From Octopus bimaculoides (taxonomy: Eukaryota): 37,182 nt of DNA. Under the pieces are notes generated by a model. It was not told the DNA's origin and searched no databases. It saw only the letters and a list, made by a program, of their open reading frames with translations. The first letter of the stretch is position 1. Each line of letters begins with the position of its first letter. Positions 1 to 11,185 of the stretch are shown in pieces. The stretch covers positions 161,512,661 to 161,549,842 of the forward strand of contig NC_068983.1 in the NCBI RefSeq assembly GCF_001194135.2, written 5' to 3'. A program made the translations under genes and the position numbers.

Positions 1-329
1 AGAAAGCGGAAAAGTATGCGTTCTAGTTTCGTGATGGTGGCATCGGGACAAGGCACGACGGTCAGGCGGTAATCGATGACTGATGCGATATACACATTAG
101 CCACCTCCGCCCGGCTTTTTAGAGATAACTTTCTCTCGGCCCATGTTTGGCTGAGTTTGATCACTCTACTGGTGATCTCGTCCCAGTTCTTATCCATTTG
201 GAGGTCCGGACTGAACCAGACCCCGAGCAGTTTAACCGATCCGTCCGTCCAGCGTCCCACTACGGAGTCGCTGTTGGACGGTATGGGCTTGCTTCTCCAG
301 GTGTCGAGTAACAAACCCACTGACTTTTC
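1..329 (-). mobile_element. Tx1/L1-clade LINE ORF2 fragment (end of RT/thumb region), running off the window edge
   Basis: Manual minus-strand translation EKSVGLLLDTW...KLLGVWFSPDLQMDKNWDEITSRV...WAERKLSLKSRAEVANVYIASVIDYRLTVVPC...LERILFRF fits the L1/Tx1 pattern LG..F....NW...W..R.LSL.GR...N....S...Y. Confidence 0.85.
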
Positions 330-732
330 CGAGCGGAGAAAATGGTTGAATGGAAAACAAACTACTCCAACAGAATTGTTGTCGTTGTTACTGCTTAGCG
401 TAGGTCAGCTGTAATAAAGTAGACTTATGATTAAAAGCGACAGTACAACCTTTTTTATTCATGACAGTAAAGTGTGATTTAAAACCAGTCTTTCGCATCT
501 ATCTATAATGTTCATTGTAAATATATACACACCTAAATAGACACACCTGATTATAAAGTTCTACATGCATGACTCAATTCTCAACAATGTCACAACACCA
601 AATTTAATCTATAAAAATCTTTTAGAAAACCTTTCCATCATGGCCTAATTATCATTCAGCAGAACACGACTTTCTCCAGAAAAATTTAACTTAACACAGA
701 GTATATAAAACCAAGATGAAGGCAAATGTATT

Positions 733-776
733 ACAGTCTGATGATGGCTTAGCAAGCTAAAGATTCGAAGTCACTG
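733..776 (+). ncRNA. Degenerate type I hammerhead-like motif, probably at a Penelope-like 3' end
   Basis: CAGT-CTGATGA-T-GGCTT agc AAGCT-AAAG-ATTCGAA-GTC-ACTG; stems I and II pair, the GAAAC core is mutated; AATAAA follows near 802. Confidence 0.4.
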
Positions 777-979
777 CCAATACTACTCTTGTTCAAGAAT
801 AATAAATACATATTCTTCAAAAATAATCCTTCAGTTTAACGTAAAATTGTTTTCATCATAAATTAACATAAAAAACAAACATTAACATACCTATTCACAA
901 AAACAAATATTAACATAAATGTTCAGTACAGTTTGTTCAAACAGAGCATCAACGTTTAAGTGAGCATAAATACTAACAT

Positions 980-1014
980 ACTTGATTTGTACATACATAC
1001 ATACATACATACAT

Positions 1015-1052
<38 letters not shown>

Positions 1053-1138
1053 GCACACAGAGCTATATAACGAACGGTTCATACATACATACATACAGAC
1101 AGACAGACAGACAGACATACAGACAAATAGATAGATAA

Positions 1139-1204
<66 letters not shown>

Positions 1205-1316
1205 GGAGAGAGAGAGAGAGAGAGAGAGAGTGAGACAGACAGAGGCAGACAGACAGAGGCAGACAGACAGACAGATAGACAGAGAAACAGACAGACAGAC
1301 AGACAGACAGGCAGAC

Positions 1317-1364
<48 letters not shown>

Positions 1365-1658
1365 TATCTATATATGTACACACATATTTAGACACATACG
1401 TGCAGACATACACACGTACCATACATACATACATACATACATACATACACACATACATACATACACACAAATTGCATACATGTATGTACTGAGATGCCAT
1501 GAAGAACATGTATACGCATGTAAAGACAAGTAACAACACATAACTAAACACACAACGGTTGCGCACATCGCCCAAGAGCTCACTATTTACTTTTCCATTT
1601 GGAAATCTACTACTACTACTACACACACACGCACACACACACAATATATATATGTATG

Positions 1659-1712
<54 letters not shown>

Positions 1713-1821
1713 ACACAGATATATAAGAAACACTATGTAAGTTAGCATACCGTTGCACACATTTGCATACACAAATGCTCCATGCACGCATATACATACG
1801 TACATAAGTACATACATACAT

Positions 1822-1860
<39 letters not shown>

Positions 1861-1879
1861 CGCATATATATATATACAA

Positions 1880-1927
<48 letters not shown>

Positions 1928-1955
1928 AATAGTAAATGAGTATATGCATATATAC

Positions 1956-2018
<63 letters not shown>

Positions 2019-2065
2019 CATATATGCAAACATACATACAAACATACATACATGCATACATACGT
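980..2065. repeat. Compound microsatellite block (TACA, CA, GACA, GATA, GA, TAC, TA) with short unique spacers
   Basis: Directly visible; source of the spurious YI/CV/SL ORFs. Confidence 0.98.
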
Positions 2066-2736
2066 GTTCGTGTTTACAATAAAAAACGTGCTGTAATATT
2101 ATCGGTGTATGGTATTGATTTCCTATTTATTCATTGTGGGACAAAGTTCGTTAGAGAAATAAAAAGACCTGGGATGTCTAATGTAGTAGTAGTAGTAGTA
2201 GGGGTGGCGATGGGGTTGGTGCTGGTGATGGTGGTGGCGGTGGTGAAACTTAAACAGAAGTCAACTTAGGATATTTTGTTGTTGTTTGTTAAACCCCAAT
2301 TCGCTCTGATCAAGGAGAGCTTTGGTTATATCACTCCAGTGGTGACCATCACTTCTTGCTTTCTGGAGACAGTGTATCTATCTAGATTTACATTATCCAG
2401 TGTGTCCTATTTTTTAATTTATGTATGTATTTTCATTGTCAGCTGACACGATGCGCCTTAACGGAAACTGAGTGTATGTTATTAACCTTTCGAGTTCCCA
2501 TCTGAAAGCTACTGCATTGGCTCACCCTAATGATAAGTTCATGAGGCACGATAGAACAGTGGTTCACAACCAGAGTGGCAACACCTCAATGAGAACGTTG
2601 TGACATCACAGGTATGAGGTTACGAGAGGAAACAAATGTCAAAAGTCATGGGGCGTTGGGTGATTAAAGAGATTGTGATTCTTCTGAGTGATAAAAAAAT
2701 TAAATAAATTCTTCGAAAAAAAATAAAATGTTTATA

Positions 2737-4208
2737 CAGGCCTACCTCACCCTACGTCGTTAATTGGGTCCAGGAGGTACGGCTTAAGTCGAATTAACTT
2801 GTCTCTAGCCTAGGCTAGGCCGAATTTACTTGTCTCTAGGCTAAGCCGATAATAATCAATCCCAGTTCTGTACTTTATTTATGAATGCAGTTTCAATAAT
2901 ACATGGCCAATAAAAACCTATTTTAAGCTTACAAACAAATTTTTTTTTTCTTATTGATGACAGTGTTCTTCATCCCTGGGGCCTCAGATTTGTTATGTGC
3001 TAAAATTTTATCCTTATTATGTACAATCGTCTGACTCATCCCCAAAGATCGTGCAATTGCTAACACTGGATCTATTTTAAAACGGGGGCGCCAGTTTTCA
3101 TTTATGTTTTATGTAGTGTTTTTGGTACGGAAAGACTTTCAAACTTCGTATACTTATCTATTTTGTGTTATAGAACAGAAAAATATTTTTGTATTCGAAT
3201 TTATTTCATGTAAAAAATTGTCTTATTTCGATAATTTCTACTAATTACTGACGTCTATTCAGTTGAAAACAGTTAGCGCTGTAACGGTGTATATCGTATT
3301 AATCCCCCTAACCCTAAAACTAACCCTAACTCTAGAATCCGAACTCTAAAATTGTTACACACATAGATACGCACAGCGTAATTTATTATATAAATAATAT
3401 ATGCGTATAAATTACGATTAAACCGGATGAAATATGTCACAGGGAATAACATTTTTATGACCGTCCAGCAGTAACTCTATTCAGCTGAATAGACGTCAGT
3501 GATTGGTTGAAATTACAGAAATACGACAACTTTAACATGGAATAACTTGCGAATTCCTTTTTTTGTTAAGAAGACTAAGAGTAAAAGATGTTTTATATGA
3601 CACATTCTACCAGTGTCCCAAGTTTCAAAGTATTTCGTTAGTGTTTCGTTAAGAAAATACTGGCGCCCCCGTTTTAAAATAGATCCCTAACACTTTTTTC
3701 ACATTTTTCATGGCGTTTTATCATGGCCAGTTTGTCTTCCAGTGTTATAGCATGTCACTTAGCACTTTCACTTTGTATTTTCTTAGGAGCCATAAGGGCA
3801 AAAAATAAAGTCATAAATAAATGAAAATGAGAAAGTAGCCGATAAACAGATATAATCAAGTCTGAATTCAAAACAACGGCGCCTAACGGTAGATATTGGA
3901 ACTACAGTACAATATGAGCTCCGAAACACCGATAAATAAGACAACACAGTTGATTTCAAGATTTCAGCCACAAAGTTACACTATTTTATGGTGTGTATCT
4001 TAACATTTACTGCACTATTTTAATATGGTTTTATATGCTTTTATTCTTATTTATTGTACGGTAACATGACTTTATGTGCTTTTAACGGTTTTCTAGTGAT
4101 TTTACGATTCCAATATTTGATTTTTATTTCTCCATATAATATTTTTGAAAACCGACGTATAATCGAGAGCGACTTAAATCGAAAGTGACTTAAGCCGAGG
4201 TATGCCTA
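2737..4208 (-). mobile_element. Internally deleted Tigger/pogo DNA transposon retaining the transposase N-terminus (CENP-B/psq HTH)
   Basis: TA|CAGGCCTACCTC at left versus GAGGTATGCCTA|TA at right (imperfect TIRs, TA flanks). From ATG 3793, after removing the nested MITE and one frameshift: MAPKK...AITLEDKLAMIKRHEKCEK-VLAIARSLGMSQTIVHNKDKIL. Confidence 0.8.
3068..3686. mobile_element. MITE with 28-bp perfect TIRs and an 8-bp TSD, nested in the Tigger element
   Basis: GGATCTATTTTAAAACGGGGGCGCCAGT (3068-3095) and its exact reverse complement (3659-3686); CTAACACT at 3060-3067 and 3687-3694; imperfect inverted arms extend about 200 bp. Confidence 0.92.
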
Positions 4209-4381
4209 TATTTTAAATGTTGTTTTCCAACAAAATCTGTCTCAGAATTAAAATATAGATAACTTTATTATGTTATTTGTGGACAGAAATATGATTGTTG
4301 ATGTAGCAAGGTCCAATATAATTTTATTTTATAATTCATCACCTTCTTTAGTAATTTCTATTAAAATCAGTATAAAGGGCA

Positions 4382-5653
4382 TGTAAGGGACGACCGTGCG
4401 AACTCAAAAAGGGAGAAATGGTGACGAATGGAAAACAGAGGACTCCTTTTATTTAAACGTGTCACACGGTCGAACACACAAATATATATATCAAAGATGA
4501 TATACATGATATGTTATACGACGATAACATAGATGACCAGCAATGAAAGACCACAACCGTATTAGATGAATAACAGAGATATTTATTGTAGCGTTAAGGA
4601 TGTATGTCTGTGTGAGAGTGTGAATGCGACATATAATAACATAATCAAAGACAGGCCGTCATACAAAGAAAAGTGTGTATGTGAGTGATACACGTGTGTG
4701 TATGTGAATTATTACAGCAAATAGAAAGAGAGTCAGTAAATGACACGTGAGCAATTATACCAGATCTTTAGTACACTATAGNNNNNNNNNNNNNNNNNNN
4801 NNNNNNNNNNNNNNNNNNNNNNNNNNNNNNNNNNNNNNNNNNNNNNNNNNNNNNNNNNNNNNNNNNNNNNNNNNNNNNNNNNNNNNNNNNNNNNNNNNNN
4901 NNNNNNNNNNNNNNNNNNNNNNNNNNNNNNNNNNNNNNNNNNNNNNNNNNNNNNNNNNNNNNNNNNNNNNNNNNNNNNNNNNNNNNNNNNNNNNNNNNNN
5001 NNNNNNNNNNNNNNNNNNNNNNNNNNNNNNNNNNNNNNNNNNNNNNNNNNNNNNNNNNNNNNNNNNNNNNNNNNNNNNNNNNNNNNNNNNNNNNNNNNNN
5101 NNNNNNNNNNNNNNNNNNNNNNNNNNNNNNNNNNNNNNNNNNNNNNNNNNNNNNNNNNNNNNNNNNNNNNNNNNNNNNNNNNNNNNNNNNNNNNNNNNNN
5201 NNNNNNNNNNNNNNNNNNNNNNNNNNNNNNNNNNNNNNNNNNNNNNNNNNNNNNNNNNNNNNNNNNNNNNNNNNNNNNNNNNNNNNNNNNNNNNNNNNNN
5301 NNNNNNNNNNNNNNNNNNNNNNNNNNNNNNNNNNNNNNNNNNNNNNNNNNNNNNNNNNNNACTGGACCGAGACAAATTTGGCCGCCGAGTTAAAGCTATT
5401 TATAACAAACTATTGGCTCCCGAAGGCTTCAGAATTTTACTCTATCACGTGACCTTATTAGGGGCCGTGATTGGTCAGTTTGCGTTCTGGCGGGAAAGGT
5501 TCGAAGAAGTTGCCGATTCGAATAATAATCAGTCACGTGATGACAAGGAATGGGTTCTCTACTACGCTCGCATTTATTTATATTTAAATGAGAAGATTGT
5601 ATGTAATGGCGATAGTAGTTTTGTATCTAATGGCGGTAGGTAGTTTCACTACA
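4382..5653 (-). mobile_element. Solo LTR, probably Ty3/Gypsy, spanning an assembly gap
   Basis: TGT...ACA termini; 4-bp TSD GGCA (4378-4381, 5654-5657); minus-strand TATAAATA near 5397-5404; homologous to 16568-17633. Confidence 0.85.
4792..5360. other. Assembly gap (N run); others at 16413-16513, 23696-24363, 25614-25883, 31010-31166
   Basis: N characters; ORFs crossing them are artefacts. Confidence 1.
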
Positions 5654-5737
5654 GGCATATTTAAGGCGGCACATAGAGGATGGAACAGAAGAGGAATGTA
5701 TGGATTATAAATCAGTGCATAAAATGACTTCTGTCTG

Positions 5738-5947
5738 ATTAAAATATTAGTTTCAAATTTTGGCACAAGGCCGGCAATTTCGGGGGAGGGGATAAATCGA
5801 TTTCTGGTATTTATTTTATCGACTCCGAAAGGATGAAAGGCAAAGTCGACACTAGTGGCATTTGGACCCAGAACATAAAACTAAAAGAAATGATGACGCC
5901 AAGCAGTTTGTCCAGTGCGGTAACGATTCTGTGAATTTGCCGCCTTA
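5738..5947 (-). mobile_element. tRNA-derived SINE with a Meta-domain-like core, internally deleted
   Basis: Minus strand carries GTCGACTTTGCCTTTCATCCTTTCGGAGTCGATAAAATAAATACCAG, recognised as MetaSINE-type core from recalled consensus; degenerate tRNA-like head. Confidence 0.65.
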
Positions 5948-6848
5948 CAGGTTTGATTAAAATATTAAAATATTAATCTTCCAGTTTGCTTTTTAATTTT
6001 TGCTAAAACATGGGAGACGACGTCTATAAGATGCCATTTATTGAAAGGAGATATTGATCTACAAAAACATAAGAATCACTGTGACAGAGCTATATAACGA
6101 ACGGTTCTAAATATATTGAAGTATATTTATATGTTTATATATTTAATCGGGTACTGGAATATTTCCGGGATTCAAATTCCCGTAATCGAATAAAATGTAC
6201 TGCAAACCTAGAGAGTGTGAGTTCAGAAACATCACATTTTTGTTTCGTTAGGCTCCGATTAATTACTCAAATGATACTAAAATCTTTATATGTGTATATT
6301 GTTGTTTCTAATCTCTTGATGAGCCCTAAACAGATACCTGAATAAAGGAGTCAAGTTATGACTGCGCTATCTTTTGGTGGGGCCACTGTGTAACTAAGAC
6401 AACATTACCCAAAGTATACTTCAGTTTTTAGACGATAGGTTGCAAAGCGAGTGAGAAATTTTGCTGTTTCTACCGGATTGAACGATTACATTGAAGGCTC
6501 TCTACGAGGCTTGTGTTTGTATATGGCATATAAGGAAGGAAGGGATAAATTATATAAATACTTTTTTTGTTTTAACCGATTCATAAATTCATTCTTTACA
6601 ACTGATTTATGTAAATGTTTTGTTATGAAATATTACTGATGGAGTACTTGATACAGTAATTGTAAAGGATTTAAAAAGCTTAAAAGATTTAGGTTGTCAG
6701 CAATAATTTAAAGGCATCACACTGGTGGACATTTACAAGTGTTAAAAACTTCAGATTGCGATAACTATAGAACGATAAAGATATTTATTTTATTTATGTT
6801 AGACACTCAGTAATATATAACACAAATTACACAGCTGAAATAACCATC

Positions 6849-6991
6849 TACAATTTACAATTGACGGATATTTGTCCTCATCTTGTTTGTTGTTAACACA
6901 GCGTTTCGGCTGATCCAGCCTTCATCAGGTGTCTTGGGGAAATTTGGAACCTGGGTTCTCATTCCTAAGGTATTTCTCGATGTTGTTGTTG

Positions 6992-7062
<71 letters not shown>

Positions 7063-7087
7063 CTCTTAACCACTACGCCATATGCCC
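6849..7087 (-). mobile_element. tRNA-headed SINE, left copy; head deleted after the A box
   Basis: Reverse complement of the 7090-7397 element: GGGCATATGGCGTAGTGGTTAAGAGC joined directly to TGAATAATAAT, (AAT)n and a shared tail. Confidence 0.85.
6895..6933 (-). ncRNA. Minimal type I hammerhead motif in SINE tail (U16.1 mutated)
   Basis: GACAC-CTGATGA-A-GGCTG gat CAGCC-GAAA-C-GCT-GTGTT. Confidence 0.6.
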
Positions 7088-7089
7088 AC

Positions 7090-7161
7090 GAGCATATGGC
7101 GTAGTGGTCTAAGAGCGCGGACTACTAACCCCAAGATTCCGAGTTCGATTCCAGGCAGTGA

Positions 7162-7236
<75 letters not shown>

Positions 7237-7397
7237 TAATAATAACATCGAAAAATACCATAGGAATGAGAATCCAGGTTCGAAATTTCCCCAAGACACT
7301 TGATGAAGGCTGGAGGGTACATCAGCCAAAACGTTCTGTTAACACCAAACAAGATGAGGACTAATATCCGTCAATTGTAAATAATGTAAATAATGTA
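7090..7397 (+). mobile_element. tRNA-headed SINE, right copy, with internal (AAT)n and a hammerhead-bearing tail
   Basis: A box TGGCGTAGTGG, B box GTTCGATTCC, (AAT)n, tail ending in TGTAAATAA x2; degenerate hammerhead at 7295-7340. Confidence 0.85.
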
Positions 7398-7403
7398 TAT
7401 ATA

Positions 7404-8845
7404 CAGTAGTATCCCGATATTCGCGAGGGTTACGTTTCCAGAGCATCCGCGAATAGTGAAAAACCGCGAATATTGGACGTGGTCCAAAAATGTTTATAAA
7501 TGTCAAAATATAAAGTAAAATATTATATATATAATATTTAATAATAATTTAATAAAAATTAAAGTAAAATGTACTGTTACTCACCAATAATGAATGATAT
7601 TGATTTAAGACCATGATGATGAAAATAAAGAAGGTAATAACTGCTCAGCAAAGATTTAAAATTCTTCATGTGATACCTCTTCTTCAGGTGTATTAGGGGA
7701 TGTCGTATCTTTGTGTAAGGCTTTCTTGGTGGGTTTGAGGAACATTGTGATGAGAAGTTGCTTTCGTTGTTTCTTCATGGTGGTGAAGAGAGTGTTATAT
7801 ATCTGCATGGCAGCATCGATGACATTTTTTAATCGGAGAGACTAAACCGCATAGGGATCCCATGCTTCTGCCTACCCTTGCAATTCCTTTGCTGTCCTTA
7901 AAAGGTCGGACAGACGTTCGATTGCCAGGCCCACCTCATCCTCCTCTTCCTTTCGATCTGGGGCTTCCTCTTCCTCCTGGCAGACTTTGTTAACTCCAAC
8001 AAATCTTCGTCTCTCAGGGTTTCAGAGTGGGCACCAAGTACCTTTGCCAGTTTCACCGCATTGTTGACATCCTTGAGTCTTTTCATGTCTTTAAGAGCAG
8101 CGTGGATGGCTGACAGGCTTGATGCGATCGTGAAGTTACGCCAGTACTCCTTCAACTTGAAATTCTTGTTCGAATCCATTGCGTCCATAAGGTGTTGGAG
8201 AAAGTTCCGAGTGTAAAGTGCCTTGAAAGTACTGATCATACCTTGATCCATAATCTGGATGAGGAAGATGGTGTTGGCAAGGAGGAACTCGGCTTACACT
8301 CACCCATGATTCAAATCCAAAGAGTGGTCACCAGCATTATCCATAACAAGCAACACTTTGCAAACATTTTGGAGGTATTCCTTGGCTTCAGAGATGAAGC
8401 ATTGATAGACCCAATTCAAAGTTAGACTTTTGGTAATCCAGGCCTTGGGGTTGTGCATCCAGTGGACAGGCAGCAGATTTTTATTCTTATTTTTGAAGGC
8501 CCTCGGGTTCGCGGACTTGTAGATAAGTCCTGGTTTCATCATGAAGCCAGAAGCATTACCACACGTAATTAGCATCTCTTTGTCCTTCTATGCCTTAAAA
8601 GCTGGGACTCTGGCTTGGTCCTTCATGATGTGCTTTCTGAAAGGCATCTCCTTTCAGAAGAATCCCGTTCATACTGAAAATCTGTTCCGGCTTGTATCCC
8701 TTGTTCTCGATGATCTACCTGAAGGTCTCGAGGTACTTCTCAGCGCCTTTTTTGTCAGCTGATGCTGTTTCTCCATGCAGGGAAACACACTTTATTTTAA
8801 ACCGTTTCTGGAAACGGTCAAACAACCCCTTGCTGGAGTAAAGAC
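7404..8845 (-). mobile_element. Tigger/pogo transposon, 5'-truncated; degraded DDE_1 transposase
   Basis: TA|CAGTAGTATCCCGATATTCGCG TIR. Minus-strand fragments FDRFQKRF..VSLHGETASAD, GYKPEQIF, CGNASGFMMKPGLIYKSANPRAFKNKNKNLLPVHWMHNPKAWIT, LLVMDNAGDH, MDQGMISTFKALYTR. Confidence 0.92.
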
Positions 8846-9067
8846 TGTTAACCAACATGACATGGCAGTCATGGTTTAGGACGAATGTTGCTGTAATTTA
8901 GCCCCAGGAGACATCGTCTCCAGTTGGCTGTACAACATGATCTGTGTCTTTATATTTTCGAATAAGGGAATCTAACACCCCTACTCAGCTCAAATCAATA
9001 TCTGTGTATCGCGATTTCCGGGTTATTTTTCTTCATCAGCAGCGAATAATTTTTCGGCTAGAGGTTG

Positions 9068-11185
9068 ATTTTTTTTTATTATGATAATTAATATCGTACA
9101 CAGAGAAGACAAAACAGGACAATACCAACAATTATTGTTATTATGAGTTCGTACGATACTTAGTTTTTTAAAATATTGAATGATATATAATCAAAATTTG
9201 ACTTTTTTCGGTGGGGAGATTAAACCTGATGGGCTGAAAAGCCCAGCGACTATACTTTTTCCTTTTCCAATGAGGATTAGGCAGGGTCACTTGCACCCAC
9301 CTTTCTTACCACAGCCTTCTATCTTTTTTTGAACACGCCTCGCGACAGGCATCTCCTCTCCAGCCCTATCTTGCTCTTCAGATGATATCTGAAGTATGTC
9401 AGCAAACCAGGGCCAGAGATGAAGGATCCAATTACGAATCCTTGCAACACTCTTTCAACACTGCAACTGAACAGAGAAAACGTGCCTCACCTTCCTTTGA
9501 GAGTCCGGTTGGCGGAACAATCTTTATTATAGACTCAGCTGATACCTGTACTCTGCCTAGATGTGACAACACGTGTTCAACGTAAATTATCAAGCCTGAA
9601 AGCTTCCGGCATTGTACAAAAGTGTGCTGGACGGTTTCATCGTTCAACCCACATCTTGGACATACCGTTGGCACTGACATTCTGTGCCTAGATAACCTAT
9701 CGTGAACAGGTAAAGCGTTCCTGTAGCACTGCCAGGTCAGGGATTTTTGGTAATTATCCAAATACCCAGGCCTGAAAGTTTTTTGGAACAGGTTGGCAAG
9801 TTGGTTCCCGTGGAACCCCAGAGCCCCTCCTAGGACATCATCATTTTAAAATTCTACTAGCCCTTTATACAAAACTGAGGTGGTGTTCCCACCGCCGGCC
9901 TTGCTCGTCTTGTGGATTACCACGAGTGCCTGTCGACACTCCTTTTGCCACTCAGTCAGATTCCGTCTTTTAATGAAAGCGGGTTTTAAATCTCTCCAAG
10001 GAGGTTGGTTGCAAAAAGAATTCCTCCACCAGCGGATTCCACACCTTGTCACCCTCCAAGTAGAGCCAGAGATGCCTTAGCCTCAACGCATGTCTGCGCA
10101 TCATGAACCAGGGCATCCCTAACCCACCCTTTAGCGGTTCCTGGCAGCAAACGGAGCTCCTCACAAGTGGCTTTCCTCAATTTCACAACAAGCAGAAGAG
10201 GAGGCGCTCCAACAAGGGACAATGGTCAGGCGGTAGGTGATTACAGATGCTATAAACACCTGTGCCACCTCCGCCTTCCATTTAGGGACAGAGCCCTTCC
10301 AAACCAAGTCCTTCCAAACCAAACCCTTCCAAACCAAGCCCTCCCCTACAAACACCCTATCGAGAAAATTTTCTAGCATTTCATTCGACGCTTGAATGAC
10401 TATCTCGAGAGTCTGGCCTTTCCAGTTGACGACTTCTTTTTTTCTCATTTGCAATATCAACACCGCCTCCTCCACGTCGTATATGACCGCCGCTGCTACC
10501 CACATAACCTCATAACCAGTCGGGACCTCATCTACTATACTTTTCGCCGTTCTGCGACCCAAGTATGTGGGTAACAGAATTATTTCCTCGTTTCTTAAGG
10601 TCTTCGTGGAGACATCCTTCGCTACGATAGCCGTTTCGAACTGCGCTTCCGCCATTGCGCTTCTCGTTCCACGGCTAACGTAGGTTAGTTGGTTCCATAT
10701 TGGGTCAAAAATCTTTCAACGACGTCATTCTTGGCGTCCATAATTCTCTTTTCTTTAAGGTTGTAAATTTATACACAACCGTTCGCGCATTTATCGCTTG
10801 CACTGTCTCTGAAGAAGGCAGTAGTTTTGTGTCGCTACCACTTTTTCTGATTAAGTTACGAAACTTGAATAGTTGCTCCATTTTTACCCCCATTTCGTTA
10901 CATTGCCGCCTACCGCAGCAGAAAAACTGGGTCTTTCCTTTTCCTGTGTTTTCATTTCACCTACATTTTCACTGGTATTACCTTTTCCCATCGCGGGAAA
11001 ATCTTTTTTCCTTTTTTTTTTGATGCAATATTAAATTCCATCATATACTTTTTTAAATTGCCAAAAATGACAAAAAATGACAAAATAAATTCACTACCCA
11101 CATTGCGGCAGGCGGTACAAAGAAGAGCGGCAACGTCCAACTCGCTACTTAACCAGAAGCAATACTGGAAAAATCCCCGGATGCA
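9068..11185 (-). mobile_element. Tx1/L1-clade LINE with ORF1 remnant joined to the ORF2 C-terminus (EN and RT core missing)
   Basis: ORF1-like frames at 10340-11040; then AEVAQVFIASVITYRLTIVPC, KGGLGMPW and zf-RVT CPRCGLNDETVQHTFVQC; AATAAA/poly(A) at about 9068-9080. The 5' boundary is approximate. Confidence 0.8.

Noticed and set aside
891-2096. Long ORFs up to 332 aa (also at 14-14.6 kb, 22-23.6 kb, 32.5-33.1 kb)
   Set aside because: Translations of microsatellites (YI, CV, SL, MYVC repeats), not proteins
2557-2572. CAGTGGTTCACAACC, similar to a hAT/Charlie TIR
   Set aside because: No partner TIR or TSD found
4747-5643. ORFs sharing YHVTLLGAVIGQFAFWRERFEEVA with 17288-17623
   Set aside because: The shared peptide reflects the conserved LTR DNA block; the first ORF is mostly N gap and has no domain signature
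7090-7165. Possible tRNA gene
   Set aside because: No proper acceptor stem; it runs into (AAT)n and a repeat tail, so it is a SINE head
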